A stretch of DNA of 64,000 bases from Chiloscyllium plagiosum. Lineage: Eukaryota. Each line of letters begins with the position of its first letter. Position 1 is the stretch's first letter. A model generated the notes under the pieces. The model had not been told where the DNA came from, did not search any database, and saw only the letters and a program-made list of their open reading frames with translations. A program made the translations under genes and the position numbers. The DNA lies in NCBI RefSeq assembly GCF_004010195.1, contig NC_057724.1, positions 19,989,506 through 20,053,505 on the forward strand, read 5' to 3'. Positions 39,182 through 52,110 of the stretch are shown one piece after another.

Positions 39182-40974
39182 AATGTACTTAAGTGAGCAA
39201 AGAGGTGAATCAGAAACTGCACATGCAGTAATTGGATGACTCTCCCTCATGCTGCATTCGGTATTTAATCAGTCATGCACTGATCAGTAATAGTACTCAA
39301 TGGACCATTGTGAATAGCTTGTGGGACAGTAACAGCTTAAACTCCAGCTCAAAATCTGACCTAGATCACTGCTTGAGAAATTTAGAGTTTTCCAGTTAAT
39401 CTTGCCGATCCAGGGAACTTAATTTCTTGTAATGAAGCTGCATTATACCTCAGAGACTTAGCTCTAAGATCTGAATTTGCCCCCGTTGACTTAGGACTTA
39501 ACTTTTACATTATTTAGAATTACTTACAGGGCAAAAGACTTGTGTGGGAAATCAGAATTTACGTCCTGGATCAGGTAGTGTATTTGATCAATCACATTCA
39601 GAATGCCAGACCCCCACTGTTTTGTCCATGCTTTCATGATATATCAATACGGCTTATCATCATGGCAAAAGTGCCCCTGCTGCCACAGCCTGAATTCTTT
39701 CCAGAGATAAAAGAAACATTAGCAGTGTGGGCTGTGATTAAAAATGCATAATGGCTGGGAGCATAATGCTCTGCTCAATTGGATCATCGTAACATTGGAA
39801 AAAGACACAGAAAATTAAAAATTCCTTCTAACTCTGACAATAAATCACTGCAAATTTTACTAATTTAATTATTTGATAAGGGCCTCAGATTAATAAGACT
39901 CCCTGCTGTTTTTCAGAGTAATGGGTCAAAAATCTGTCTAAACCAATGATTTACCAGAACATACCATCATGTAGCAAATCAAATATGCATACATATATAT
40001 ATATATATAAAACACTTCAGAATTCATTAAACAAATTTTATAAAGGTCATCGTTATATTATTCCTTCCCACGACCAGTGCATGTAATCCATTTTTTCATT
40101 TAAAACATTATTTATCCTACCCTTAGGCTGCAATCGTAACTTTAATAGTTCTATGCCTCCATTTTGTCGCACTCTGATGTCATAATGGCACATAATGGTA
40201 GATACATGCAGCACATAATGGAGGTTTTATCCATCAGCTGGACAGTCGGGGAGAACGCTGTCATCTCCTTTTGGGAAAACCTGCCAAATTCCGTGCTTAA
40301 ATGGGTAGCAGCCAGCCTTTCTTGGGATCAAGGAACCACCCCTCCCCACCCGCCCACCAAAAGGACAAACCAGTAGCACTGGACCAATGAAAAGGCCATG
40401 GGATACGGAACCAGTCGATAAAACTAGTCCTGAAACCAGTAACACTGGTTCATGTGCCATTAGGAAGAATCCTGCCACCAGTAGCATTGGTCACTGCCAG
40501 TCAATAATGTTGGCCTCGGAACCAGTACTGGTTTTGAAGCCAATAGCTCTGGAAGCGGAAACTCACTCCTCAGGATTGGTTGTTCAGAGACCAATTGGAG
40601 CAAGGACAAGGGGGAATGTTTTCAGTGGTACCATTCCCAAAATCAGGTCCTTTTGATAGACCACTGACTGCTTTTGAATGAGACACTTCTCACCCTTTTC
40701 CACACCACCCCCAACCCCAATGCCTCTGAAATTGCAAGCAACCCCAGCAGGAGCCTCTGCCCATCAATGGGTTAATACCAGTGAAGAGATGAGACTTGAA
40801 TTGTCTGTTAATTGAGAATGGGGCTGGAATGCAATCCACAGATCTGTCCATCTCAGACTTGCAGAAAGGTGGCGAGATCCTCACCCCACACTCTCTAATC
40901 TGATTAAATGCCTTCTCGCCATCTAACACACTTGGGGGGAGGGCATTATATTCCACCCTCATTCTGATGGAAAG

Positions 40975-41355
40975 AGTCTATGTTTGAGCCTCACTCTAGA
41001 GATGTGAGCACTGGATCTTGGATGACATTCCTGTGTGACACTGAGGAAACACTATCTTTCAGACAAGCTATTAAACTGAACCCCTAAATATTGTCATGTG
41101 GATGTAAAATCACCACAGCCCTTTTCTTGATATAAACAAAGGGAGATCTCACTGATGTATTAATTGATATTTATCCTCAATAACAGCACAAAGACAGGTG
41201 ACCTGGCTATTCTCACAACCGTGTTTACTGTGAACAAATAGTTGGCTACATTTTTCTACATTACAACATTGGACTACACTTAAAAAAGTACCTGAATAGT
41301 GGTAAAACAGCTTGGGGTGACTTGAAGCAATGAATGTTGCTATTTAAAAACACAT
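40975..41355 (+). mobile_element. Deu-domain SINE, decayed
   Basis: gagatgtgagcac...tctttcagacaagctattaaactga...atttatcctcaa...acattacaaca...gctatttaaa; homologous to 5930-6300. Confidence 0.65.
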
Positions 41356-42260
41356 TCATCGTCTTAAAAAACACAGAGACTTTTGTAAAGATGAAAGGCA
41401 GAGCCTTACAAAGCTCTGAGTACCATGGGCTTTAGAAATATTTATGACAGAATTGGGTGAGAAGCCCATTTTGACATTGAGATCATCTCGTTGCATCTTG
41501 TAAGCTTTTTTCAAGAGGTGTGGAAAGATTCTTGCTTGGTCGAGTGAGTTCCCATTTCACACTCATTGCCTGATAAACACCATGATAACAATATATTTCA
41601 TCACAATTTGTTATCTTACCAAAATTGTCATTCAAACTAGCTGTTGGGAAAACGTAACGTGCAACCAGAATACATTCTTGGTGGATTCAAAGTGCTGCTT
41701 GCTCCAAAACAGGTTCATTTTGATACCACTAACACCTCAAATACACTCAATGGCACCGGCCACATACACCCCACGTTGACAGACATTGGCATCTGACATG
41801 TGCCAGCCTCAATTAAGCCTCCTGGTACATCTCTGACTGACACGACACCTCAATGCTGCAACTTAAGTTCTACCAGCAACTATTGTTGTAAAGGTACAGC
41901 AAGGACACTGTACACTGAGGGAGAGACACCCAGCTCATGGAAGAGACCTAGCTGCATCTCTGGGCTTTTCGCTCACTGTCAGAACGTTTGCCCATGCTAA
42001 GCCTGGGCAAACATCTCTGCCTTGATTGCCTTGCCTTACCTTTTAATGTTTTGCCCTTCAACTAGAGATACTGGGTTTATGCTGTTTTGTCATGTCATTT
42101 AATACAGATACAAAGCAAGAAAGCTTACCATGATGCCAGCAGACCTCAGCCTAATCACTGGGGACAACCTAAGCTTGGGGTACCCAGCACAGTAAACGAA
42201 GGGCAGCTCTCGATACCAGTCCAAGCCCTGCTTGGGGCTGTCAGAGTCAGGATCCTCTAC

Positions 42261-42598
42261 GCATGATGGCTCAGTGGTTAGCACTGCTGCCTCACAATGC
42301 CAGAGTCCCAGATTCAATTCCGGGCAACTGTCTGTGTGAAGTTTGCACATTCTCCCTGTGCCTGCATGGGTTACCTTTGGGTGCTCAGGTTTCCTCCCAC
42401 TATAAAGATGTGCAGGTTAGGTTAATTGGCCATGTTAAATTGCCCAAAGTGTTTAGGGATGTATAGTTAAGGTGCACTAGGAGTAAATGTAGAGTAATAG
42501 GAGAAGGGGAAGGGATCTGAGTGGGATGCTCTTCAGAGGGTCGGTGTGGACTTGTTGGGCTAAAATGGCCTGTTTCCACAATGTAGGGATTCTATGAT
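42261..42598 (+). mobile_element. HE1-type SINE
   Basis: tggctcagtggttagcactgctgcctcaca...gtagggattctatga. Confidence 0.93.
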
Positions 42599-43280
42599 AG
42601 GTGGTGAGGAACTGAATGGCAGGCAGTCCACTAACTGTTATGATTCCTTCTGATCTATTGTGGGCTGCTTTGCTCCTGGAATGAGAGAGGCACAAGCATT
42701 ATGGACAATGAAAGTTGGGAGCATAGCTGTTAGTTTTGGCGCTGGGGTGGAGGTGTACCAAGTGAGCGAATGGACAGCACAGACATAGTGGTCACAGGTT
42801 GGGATGAGTGACAGCAAGTGGGGAAAATGCTGCAGTGATGGTGGGGGGGAAGCATGAAGTTTAGTGGGAGGTAGGTACAGTGGTAGAGATTGCGTGAAAA
42901 CAATGTATGGGATAGAAGATAGTATAGTAATTAATTGTCACATGTATTGATGAGAATACAGTAAAATGTGTATAAGTTGTTATAATCAATTTGGCACCAT
43001 TTTAATTGCATAAGTTATATAAAAAATTTGCAAGCAAAGTTAAGGCAAACTTCATTACTTTGTTCCAACCACGATGTCTTGATTTCACAAGTGGCCACAG
43101 GACACTCTTTATCCCACAGTTATCATAAGCTGTCCCTGAGGCCACAACAGCAAGGGGGAAGCAGGCTGAAGCAGCCCCTTCTTTATTCTGGCCAAGAGGA
43201 CAAGGTAATTGATATTCTTCGTAAAGCGACAGGCATTCCACCTGATGTGTGGTAACCCTGGACAAGGCTGGGATAGTCCT

Positions 43281-43856
43281 GAGAGAGAAAGTCAGGACTG
43301 CAGATGCTGGAGATCAGAGTTGAAAAGTGTGGCACTGGAAAAGCACTGGATGTCAGACAGCATCCAAGGAGCATAAGCCCGAACCCTGACACTCTTCCCT
43401 AACCCTAACCCTCTCCCTATTCCTGACCCTCTCTCTCTCTGACCCTGACGCTCTCTCTAACGCCTCATCTTCTGCCTTGGGACTCTTCAACTACATGGCG
43501 TTAATGCTGATTTCATGAATTTCCTCAACTCTCCTTCCCCCATCTCATTCCAGACCTAACCCTCCAACTCAGCACTGCCCTCTTGAACTGTCCTACCTGT
43601 CCATCTTCCTTGCCACCTATCCATCCCACCCTCCACACCGACCTATCACCATCACCCCGACCTGCACCTACTTATTGCCTTCCCAGCTACCTTCCCCCAA
43701 ACCCCCCACCTCCTATTTATCACTCAGTCTCTACCTTACACACACCCCCAACACACATTCTGATGAAGGGCTTTTGCCCAAAGTGTTGACTCTCCCGCTC
43801 CTTGGATGCTGCTTGACCTGCTGTGCTTTTCCAGCACCATACTTTTCGACTCTGAC
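43281..43856 (+). mobile_element. Penelope-like 3' end with upstream inverted pLTR and telomere-like linker
   Basis: Inverted pLTR 43281-43380; CCCTAA/CCCTGA-rich linker to ~43460; cctcatcttctgccttgggactctt (LIFCLGTL); pLTR with CTGATGAagggcttttgccc at 43760; atagtc on both flanks. Confidence 0.85.
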
Positions 43857-44705
43857 ATAGTCTGGAGTTGTGGCTGCCACAGCTGGTCCTGGGGGAAGAT
43901 GAAGACCTGCCATTGCACCATCCCAGTTAGCAGGAGCTCCAGGTCCCTGCCACAAATCAGGGTGCCAATTTCCCATGTCTGCCGTGCCCAAGACAAGGGC
44001 AGGGCAGCTCCGGACTGACAATGTTTGTCTGGGCACACAACTGACTTTTACAATTGCCATCGGCACCATTGGTGTTGGCCAATTCCGAAAGATACGGTGA
44101 GTGCTGAGTTGCTCTGGGAACAGCGTGTGGTAAGCTTGGGTGGAAATGGCACGCAATACTCGCCCTAAGGGTGAAGACGTCAATCTGTGTGTTAATGTTT
44201 TTAAGATATGGTGAGAACACACTCTTGGCCTCAGGGTGAGAATCACTTCACCAAACACAACTTTACGTGCCCTTAAACAAAAAAAAGTAAGATTCAGCTC
44301 ACAGTGAGAGCAGCTTACAAGAAAATATTGCCACCAGCAACCTGCTGAAGTAACTCTTGCTGATTGTCTATGAGTGGAGGTGCACGGCACTCTTCATTTA
44401 CTTTCTAAACAAAATAATGTAGCATTCACAGTACTTCAATGGTTGTAAATCACTTCACAACATTAGGATGTCACCAACGGGCACTATACAAATGTCAACC
44501 TACTTTTGAATCTATCCATCTTTGCTTTCTTTTTTGCCTGTGTCTGTCATCCTGGTTAGTATTGGCTGGCTGCTTTATACTGTTGTTTAATTGTAAAAGA
44601 ACACAAAATTTAAAGGGAAAAGGAAATAATTGGAGCTTTACATAACTTCTTTAGACATTTCAGAGCAAATTAATTGTAAATGTCGCCAAATATTTATGAA
44701 GCTGA

Positions 44706-44960
44706 GCAGGTTAGGTATGCAGGTTAGGTGAATTGGCCATGCCAAATTTCCCCATAGTGTTAGGTCAATTAGTCAGAGGGAAAATGAGTGGGTTACTCTT
44801 CGGAGGGTCGGTGTGGACTGGTTGGGGAATCTAATCTAATGTGTAAAAAGCAAGAGGAAATGGGAAATACAAGGAATTATGTAAATATGTTTAAATAAAT
44901 CTGACAAACCCTGGTTGGGCCGAAGGGCCTGTTTCCACACTGTGAGGAATCTAATCTAAT
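44706..44960 (+). mobile_element. 5'-truncated HE1-type SINE carrying an 85-bp templated insertion
   Basis: gcaggttaggtgaattggccatg...ggagggtcggtgtggac...gggccgaagggcctgtttccacactg...aatctaatcta. Confidence 0.9.
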
Positions 44961-45030
44961 GTGTAAAAAGCAAGAGGAAATGGGAAATACAAGGAATTAT
45001 GTAAATATGTTTAAATAAATCTGACAAACC
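44826..45030 (+). repeat. Identical 85-bp direct repeats (44826-44910, 44946-45030)
   Basis: ggaatctaatctaatgtgtaaaaagc...ctgacaaacc twice, offset 120 bp. Confidence 0.97.
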
Positions 45031-47081
45031 TTGCTGCTCTCAGAATCATTATTTTGGAATCTAGATGCTGGTAGTATAAAATCAGGCTAAACTGTTTGAA
45101 TATCATGGTCATTATTGATTCTAGTAGCAGAGATGAGTGAGGATAATGACTTTACTCTTACCAAAAGCAGATTAAATAAAGGAGAGTAAAAACCCCAGAA
45201 AGTGCACCTAAGCGAAATTAATGGTCTAAGTTTCTTTTTCTACAATTTCCTTTGGTTTTTGCGGTTTGAGGGGCCCAAAACTGCAACTGAACCTTACACT
45301 GATGCAAGACCCCAGGAAAATAGTGGGTATTTACAGACTTGCTATCAATCATAAGCATTGCTCAGCAGTAAAAATTCAACAAATTAGACTTTAAGTGTTT
45401 GATTATCAAAACGACCAGGGTTCTTTTCAAACAATACTCCCTTTCAGCCGTCTGCATTCTCCCCAACAACACACTACAGTCAATACTGCTCATTTGTAAG
45501 CTATGCAGCATTTTCTGCATTCTAAATACTGAAATTTGTTGCAAGGACAAACAGTTCCTGGGTATTTAATTAGATGTGAAACGAGGATGACATCAGTTGA
45601 ACCGATAATACCACTGCAGAGCTCAATTAGTATTTACCAATCAAAAATAAACACAATGCGATGTGTTGAAGCTGAGAGACCACATCTATCTGGAACGACA
45701 GCTGTTCAGTGGGCACTAGGGCACTACCCAATGGAGGAACACTCCCTGGATCTACAGTTTGGAAATGCCCTTTGTTATATAAAACTAAGTCAAATATGCA
45801 CAGGAGGCTGAGGGGCGGATCTCACAAATGTTTACGATGTAACATTATTGAATAAGAGTGTTGAAATGGCCTGGGTTTAATTAATGCTTTGTCATCTTTC
45901 TGCACATTATTCTTAATAGTAAATGTTTTACTTTGAAAGTCCGGTGCATAAAGCAACATATTCAATGCAAAATGCTTTGGCACAAGAGTTGGCTTTCATT
46001 GATTTAAATACCCTGAACTGCATTGCAATCAATACCTATTTCATATTGCATTCTGAACAGATAAAATATTAATTCTATGCATGCAATATCACAACAGACT
46101 AACTGTGTGCAACACTCATTTAAATTGATGTCTTACCGACAGGCATTTTTCATAGACAAGAAATGTGTTGAGCAGTGTTATTCATATCATAGTCTCTGAA
46201 AATGCTTATCAAGCGTTTTTTTTGGAAGAGGAGAGTATGAATGGGACTGAAGCCCCTATTGAGTACTACTGACCTACACAACAAGTGCATCTCATCAAAT
46301 ATACCCCTCCTGTTGTGGGAGTTATGAACCAGTGAAATGTTGTTTATTTCTGAGGTGATGAAATAACATACACCTTGTGTAAATGCAACAATCGACCTTG
46401 ATCCCTTCAGTATCATCAATTAATTATGTCATCTTTGCTTCAATATATTATCCTTTCATTTCTTTTCATCCAATCCATCAGGCATTCGTTTACCTGACTG
46501 GCGTTTGTTTGTTCTCAATATTGGATCTTTCACATTTGTAAGAATTATCAACATTTTCATAATCTTTTGACCATCTAAGATGACAATAAAAAAAATTGAA
46601 GTAACAGAAGATATGACCGATACATTTCATTGTAGCACGTGGAATGAACATACAGCCTGGTTTGTTTGCAGACCTGCCACTGTTTTTTTCTGGCCCTTTG
46701 TTGTTTGATTTGGACATGTTGAGGTAACTGGTCCTGAAGGAGTCTGTTATGCAAAGATGGTATTACAGATATTTCTCTCCCTGATGATAGAGGCAAATGG
46801 ATTCTTAAATATTTAAAGCAAATTCCAGCAAATTTCTGTGTAGAGAGATAGGAAAAACAACTGGAAAATGTCCTCATTGTTCTTTGACTCATCCTTGATA
46901 TTAGCAAGTGTTAAAGCTCTGGGGCCTTCTTGGTTTGTCTTTCTGTCATCCACTTTGGAAACTTCCAGAGATTTGACAAGATTGAAGTTGCAAAAACCTC
47001 TGGCAGTCACCAGAGTCTGAAATGTCCATTTTAAAAAGCTTAAAATGTAAACCCAGCTGGTGAAATTAAAAAATAACATTT

Positions 47082-47460
47082 GGGGTGGCACAGTGACTCA
47101 GTGGTTAGCACTGCTGCCTCACAGCACCGGGGACCTGGGTTCAATTCCAGCCTCAGGTGACTGTGTGGAGTTTGCACATTCTCCCCGTGTCTGTGTGGGT
47201 TTCCTCTGGGTGCTCTGGTTTTCTCCCACAGTCCGAAGATGCGCAGGTCAGGTAAGTTGGTCATGTTAGATTGCCCATGATGTTCAGGGATGTATAGGTT
47301 AGATGCATAGGTTATAGGTTATATAGGATGTATAGGTTAGTTTGAGGTAAATGTAGAACACTAGGGTAGGGGTATGAGTCTGGGTGGGTTACTTTTTTGG
47401 GGGTTGGTGTGGACTTGTTGGGCCGAATGGCCTGTTTCCATACTGTAGGGATTCTATGAT
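47082..47460 (+). mobile_element. HE1-type SINE with internal ataggtt slippage
   Basis: ggggtggcacagtgactcagtggttagc...gtagggattctatgat; gatgtataggttag duplicated at ~47289-47340. Confidence 0.93.
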
Positions 47461-47649
47461 TTGCTGTAATACATCTTCATAACAACCTTAGGTCTGTTCT
47501 TCCAATTGGGATGCATGATTAATTACAATTAAATCAGAAAAATAGTCAGGGAACAGTCGGAGTAAATTACTACACATTTCTCTGATATTCTGGCTAACTG
47601 TTGCTGGGATCAATATTGAATTTGCAGTGACTTATATCTTTAAAGTTAA

Positions 47650-47867
47650 GGAGCAAATTACTGCAGTTTCTGGAATCTGTACTGAAGACAACAAACGCTG
47701 GAGATCGCAGTGTGTCAGACAACATCCATGGAGAGAGAGCCAGCTAACATTTCAAGTCTAGATGACTCTTTCGATGAGGAAGAGTCATCTAAACTCGAAA
47801 CGTTTGCTTGCTCTCTCTTTATGGATGTTGTCTGACCCACTGCGATCTCCAGCATTTGTTGTCTTCA
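47650..47867. mobile_element. Palindromic double pLTR (Penelope-derived fold-back unit)
   Basis: Arms 47683-47770 and 47780-47867 are reverse complements with few mismatches; right arm has aagagtcatctaaactcGAAAcgtt. Confidence 0.9.
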
Positions 47868-48129
47868 CTATCTTCAAAGTTACAAGAGCAACAGTGTTCC
47901 AGCATTCAGAGATTTCAAGCTGACAACCTGCCCCAATGCTGTCAGTCTCCGTGTTGAGAAGCATATTTAATAGCATCCTACAATATGTCTTTTAATTGTA
48001 TTTTGAGATTAATTTGCACCTTTTTGCCATTTAATATGCTTTAAATATCTCGATTAACCAGGAAGATTCATGTGAAATGTTCTGCAACTTTTTTCTTGAT
48101 GCATTTATCATTTAGTGATAATGGTTGGG

Positions 48130-48700
48130 CTAAAATGAATAGTAGGTTGAAGAAGCAGAAGAGGAGGCTTTTCAGTCCATCATGCCTCGCCTTACCCTGT
48201 AAAAGTGTGATTCTGTCGGTTCTACTTCCTTACTCTTGCCTCACATTCTTTGTTTATTTTCACTTTGTAAGTATTTATCCAATTATTTTTGAAAGTTAGA
48301 ACTGAAGCTGCTTCCACCCGAATGTACATTTCAGATCATCACAGCCTTTTCCCCATTCTCATTGGCTCTGTTTTTGTTTGCCAATTGCCTTGGATTTGTT
48401 ACCAACTCTTTGCTGTTGAAAATCAACTTTTCCTTATTTACCTGATCAAAATGCTTCAACATTTTCGGCAGCTCATTCAAATCTCCCCTAAACTTTCCTC
48501 TAAGGAGAATACACTCAGGAGTTAATGAATGTCACACTGCCTGATTTTACACCTGCCTTCTCTTTCTAACGAAGGGTGTTGATACCAGGTCTTAGTTTGC
48601 CAATTTTTGCTTTGACAATGAACAGCTCTAATCCCAATGGTGCAAATGAGCATTCTTACAGTACAAGCTCTGCTACCCATTGTAACTTTGCTCCCTGTTC
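48130..48700 (-). mobile_element. Very old CR1 3' fragment
   Basis: aggcttttcagtccatcatgcc...aagtatttatccaatt...aaatctcccctaaactttcctctaaggagaa. Confidence 0.55.
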
Positions 48701-51679
48701 TATTTTGCTCCATTTAACTAATGTGAATGCATTTAAATGCAATTTGCACCTCAATTAAATCTTGCAAGCATATCAAAACATCTTGACATATATGACTCCG
48801 GGGGAGTCAAAATTATGATTAGTGAGAGAAAAATAATGAGAACTGTTTTTTACCCAAGACAATAATATTTGCCCGGATCCTGCAATGATTGGCCAAATCA
48901 GTAATGTAAATCTTAGCTGTGACTAGTTTGGATAATTTAACTAAGCTTCATGTGAGCAAAGAAAACAACACTTCAATATTGCTTTGCAAGCCCTTTCCAG
49001 CTGTTAACAACAGTATTTAGATGTTGAAACTGATGATATTTGTTTTGGTTTACATGATTTCTGGTGGCAATAAAGGGTATAATGTTGGAGCAAAAGGCAA
49101 GGTTCATTGCTAATATGGATGGAGTGCAGAAGCAATGAAAGTACACCTGGTGGAGTATAGAAACAAAATGGATCACAAACCACCTCCTTCCCCCACCCCA
49201 GTGGAGATTATAAACATTGGAACACATAACACATTTGAAGAAAGTGGAGTCTGCTTCATGAAACAGTTGGCAGGATTACAGAAGACCATCCAGGGAGATG
49301 AATAGAAACAAGAAAATAAGCAGGTTCACTTGCCATCCAGTTGCTATGTAGCAAACTGCATATGCCTGTACCAAGATGTTGAAGGGTGAATAGTAATTGG
49401 CATTCTGATCTTATCAGTTTAATCAAGCTTACCTTAATGCCAGGTCATTTATCACACTCTAAGTGACTTTGACATAAATCCTGGAAAGGGGTGATAATTT
49501 GGAGGGGATGGTGAGTGAGGGAAAGACAGGAAGGGGGGAAATGAAGTGTGTAGTAGATTGAAATGCCTTTTGTATCAGAGAAGCACTTCTAATTCTGGAT
49601 AAAACATTAAAACAAAATTCTGGAACTTGTTGGCATCTGCAGGGACCACTTTTGATAAATTACTACTTTTGGCTTTTGGCTCTTGAATAAAATTGGCCAG
49701 GTGCCTGAAAGCTTTTTTACCCTTCATGAAGGCTAAATCATCATTCCTTGTGCCCACTTGTGTTTGAGAAACAAGTCCACAAGATGCTAATTTCTAATCC
49801 TGTAGATGACGTCCTAAAATGCAAATAAGCATTAATAAAGGATTTGTGCATCTTGGAGCAGTACTTGTTGTACATTCAAGCAAATGATTATTATTGACAT
49901 AGCTAAAACTTTGAAAAACACCGTATCAGTACTACCCATGTAATATCAACTGTGCCTGGGCTATTCATATCTGCTGCTGTTGCAGCTGTTGCTAAAACCA
50001 AGCTAGAAATTTCTTCATGGTGGCAGAGGTTACTGCCTGAGCAGTTGATAAACTCTCCAATGAACAAACGCCTATAGGTAGAGTGTCAGCAGAATTTTAA
50101 TTAGCCACTTTGCAATCAACTCCTTTCATTAAATTTTCAAAAGGAGGTACAGGACAATGGGTTAGTAGATAATACAAGAGAGGTCAGCATGCTGGTACAT
50201 CATTGTACATACATTGTTAGTGCACATATAATACAAGCATTTAATGTTACTATTACTTGGAAAACTATCAATTAGTATGCAAACAGCCTAGGGGATTTAA
50301 CAATGAAGGCACAAATAAATGCCATGCAGTACTCGCATAGACAGGGAAAGAAAGCTTGACTGACTGAAATGTATGAATGTGCTATTTTGAAAAGGCTATG
50401 TTGAAAAAAAATTATTTTACCAGAGGCAAATTGACCTTCCCACAGCATCTGTACTGTGGGGGATTTTGGCCATCTTCATTATCCTCCTGTTCCATGCAAT
50501 GCTGTTGCTCCTTTTGTAAGCCTAAGATTAGTTTATTTTGGTGCCAAAGTGAGACAGATGAATGTTATCTTGTCACTTTATCTCGGATGCAAATCTCTGG
50601 AGTCATCAAAGTACAGAAAACTTTGTTTCATGAAAGCAATTCTGCCCAGTGAAACACTTAAGAGCTGTCACATTGAGATGCATTATAACTGTTCAATGTT
50701 AAAAATTACGAATGATGTATAAGGTTAACAGTCATGAATGTAGTGGATTGGGATGGTTTCCTTGAAGGTAATCTTTCTAACCTGTCATCCCCTGGAAAGA
50801 GTTATGGCCAATTGCTCTGTGTTAAGAAGTGGGCACCATGAATATTATCAATGAAGGTAAATGTTTTTGTGCATGGTCTAAGGATTTTCATCACAGATCA
50901 TAATAAAGTTAATTGAAAACAATACATTCCTGTTAAGTAATTGCCCTGCATAAGTCTTGGTGTTAAGGTCATTACATATGTGCAGTCTACTAAGCATTCT
51001 ACTCAAGGATGCCATGCCAGTCTGGCCACAATATTCAAAGTTACTCTATTGCTTTTGGTGTTGCTACATGTTTATTTTTTTTTAAATGTAACTCAATATG
51101 CTGGACAATGCAGAACTTGACTTCTGACAGTCAGAGACTTCAGCATAATATATACTAACCCAAAGGTGAGAAAGGTTAGAACAGCAAGTTTGAGTTGGTG
51201 TGAAGAATCAGAAAACAGCACAGAGCAAAAAGTTCAAATGGGGTGCCATTTCTTCAGTGACCGAGGTGATATTCATGTAAGGAAATTCTTGTATAACAGT
51301 AAGATCATCAGATAAAATTAAAGGCAATATTACTATTCAACCTGCAGAGCAATTATCTTGAACAAATCATGTGGAATCCCTAACACAATCTAAGCACCTG
51401 AGTATGCTGGCTTTGAAAGTCTCTCATGAAACAGATTACTTTGTGTGGATGCATACACTACATTTGTTTTTGCAATAACGAGAAAACAGTTAATCCTATT
51501 TGGAACTATTTCCTGCAAATGACAATTCACACCAAGACAGTGCAGGCAAGAATTTACTGCGGAATTCACCATGGTTTTAGTTGCAATGAAGCGAATGGTT
51601 TATTAATTTTCAGTTGATGTTATTATCCTTTTTTTGTTGCAAAATGAAGCACATAGCTGTTGGGCACTTATGTAGAAAT

Positions 51680-52110
51680 GAAACCTAACTGAAAACATTG
51701 AAACTTATGATAGGAGCAGAAACTGCCATTGGGCAGGTAAGTGTATTTGCACCATTACTCCAAACTATGGCTAAAGTTTTTCATTCACCCAGATCAGTGA
51801 TATTCTCTTGTGACGAACTTATACCCCACAGGTCTCTGTGCCAAGGAGTTCCAAAGACTCTCAACCTTCAGAGAGAAGAAATTTCTCCTCCTCTCAGGAT
51901 TAAGTTGGCACCCCTTTACTGTGAGATGATGTCCTCTGGTCCTACACTCTCTAAGCATTTACCTTCCAGCCCCTTTAGAATCCAATATATTTCCAATGAG
52001 ATCACCTCTCATTTTTCTAAACTCCACTGAGTAGACTCCCAAACTGTTTAATCTTTGTTCAAAAAGTGATCCCTGCATACCAGGGATCATTCAAGTGAAT
52101 CTTATGGTCT
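51680..52110 (-). mobile_element. Old CR1 3' fragment
   Basis: gataggagcagaa...gagttccaaagactctcaaccttcagagagaagaaatttctcct...tccaatgagatcacctctcatt. Confidence 0.7.

Noticed and set aside
40365-40555. CRISPR-like array
   Set aside because: Repeats are short and degenerate with uneven spacers, no cas genes, vertebrate context
43731-44390. 219-aa minus ORF and a candidate exon after cttactttttttgtttaag (~44273)
   Set aside because: Runs into a pLTR, no recognisable domain, only a weak GC-type donor
49575-49757. Protein-like 60-aa ORF
   Set aside because: No recognisable homology and no convincing splice sites in frame
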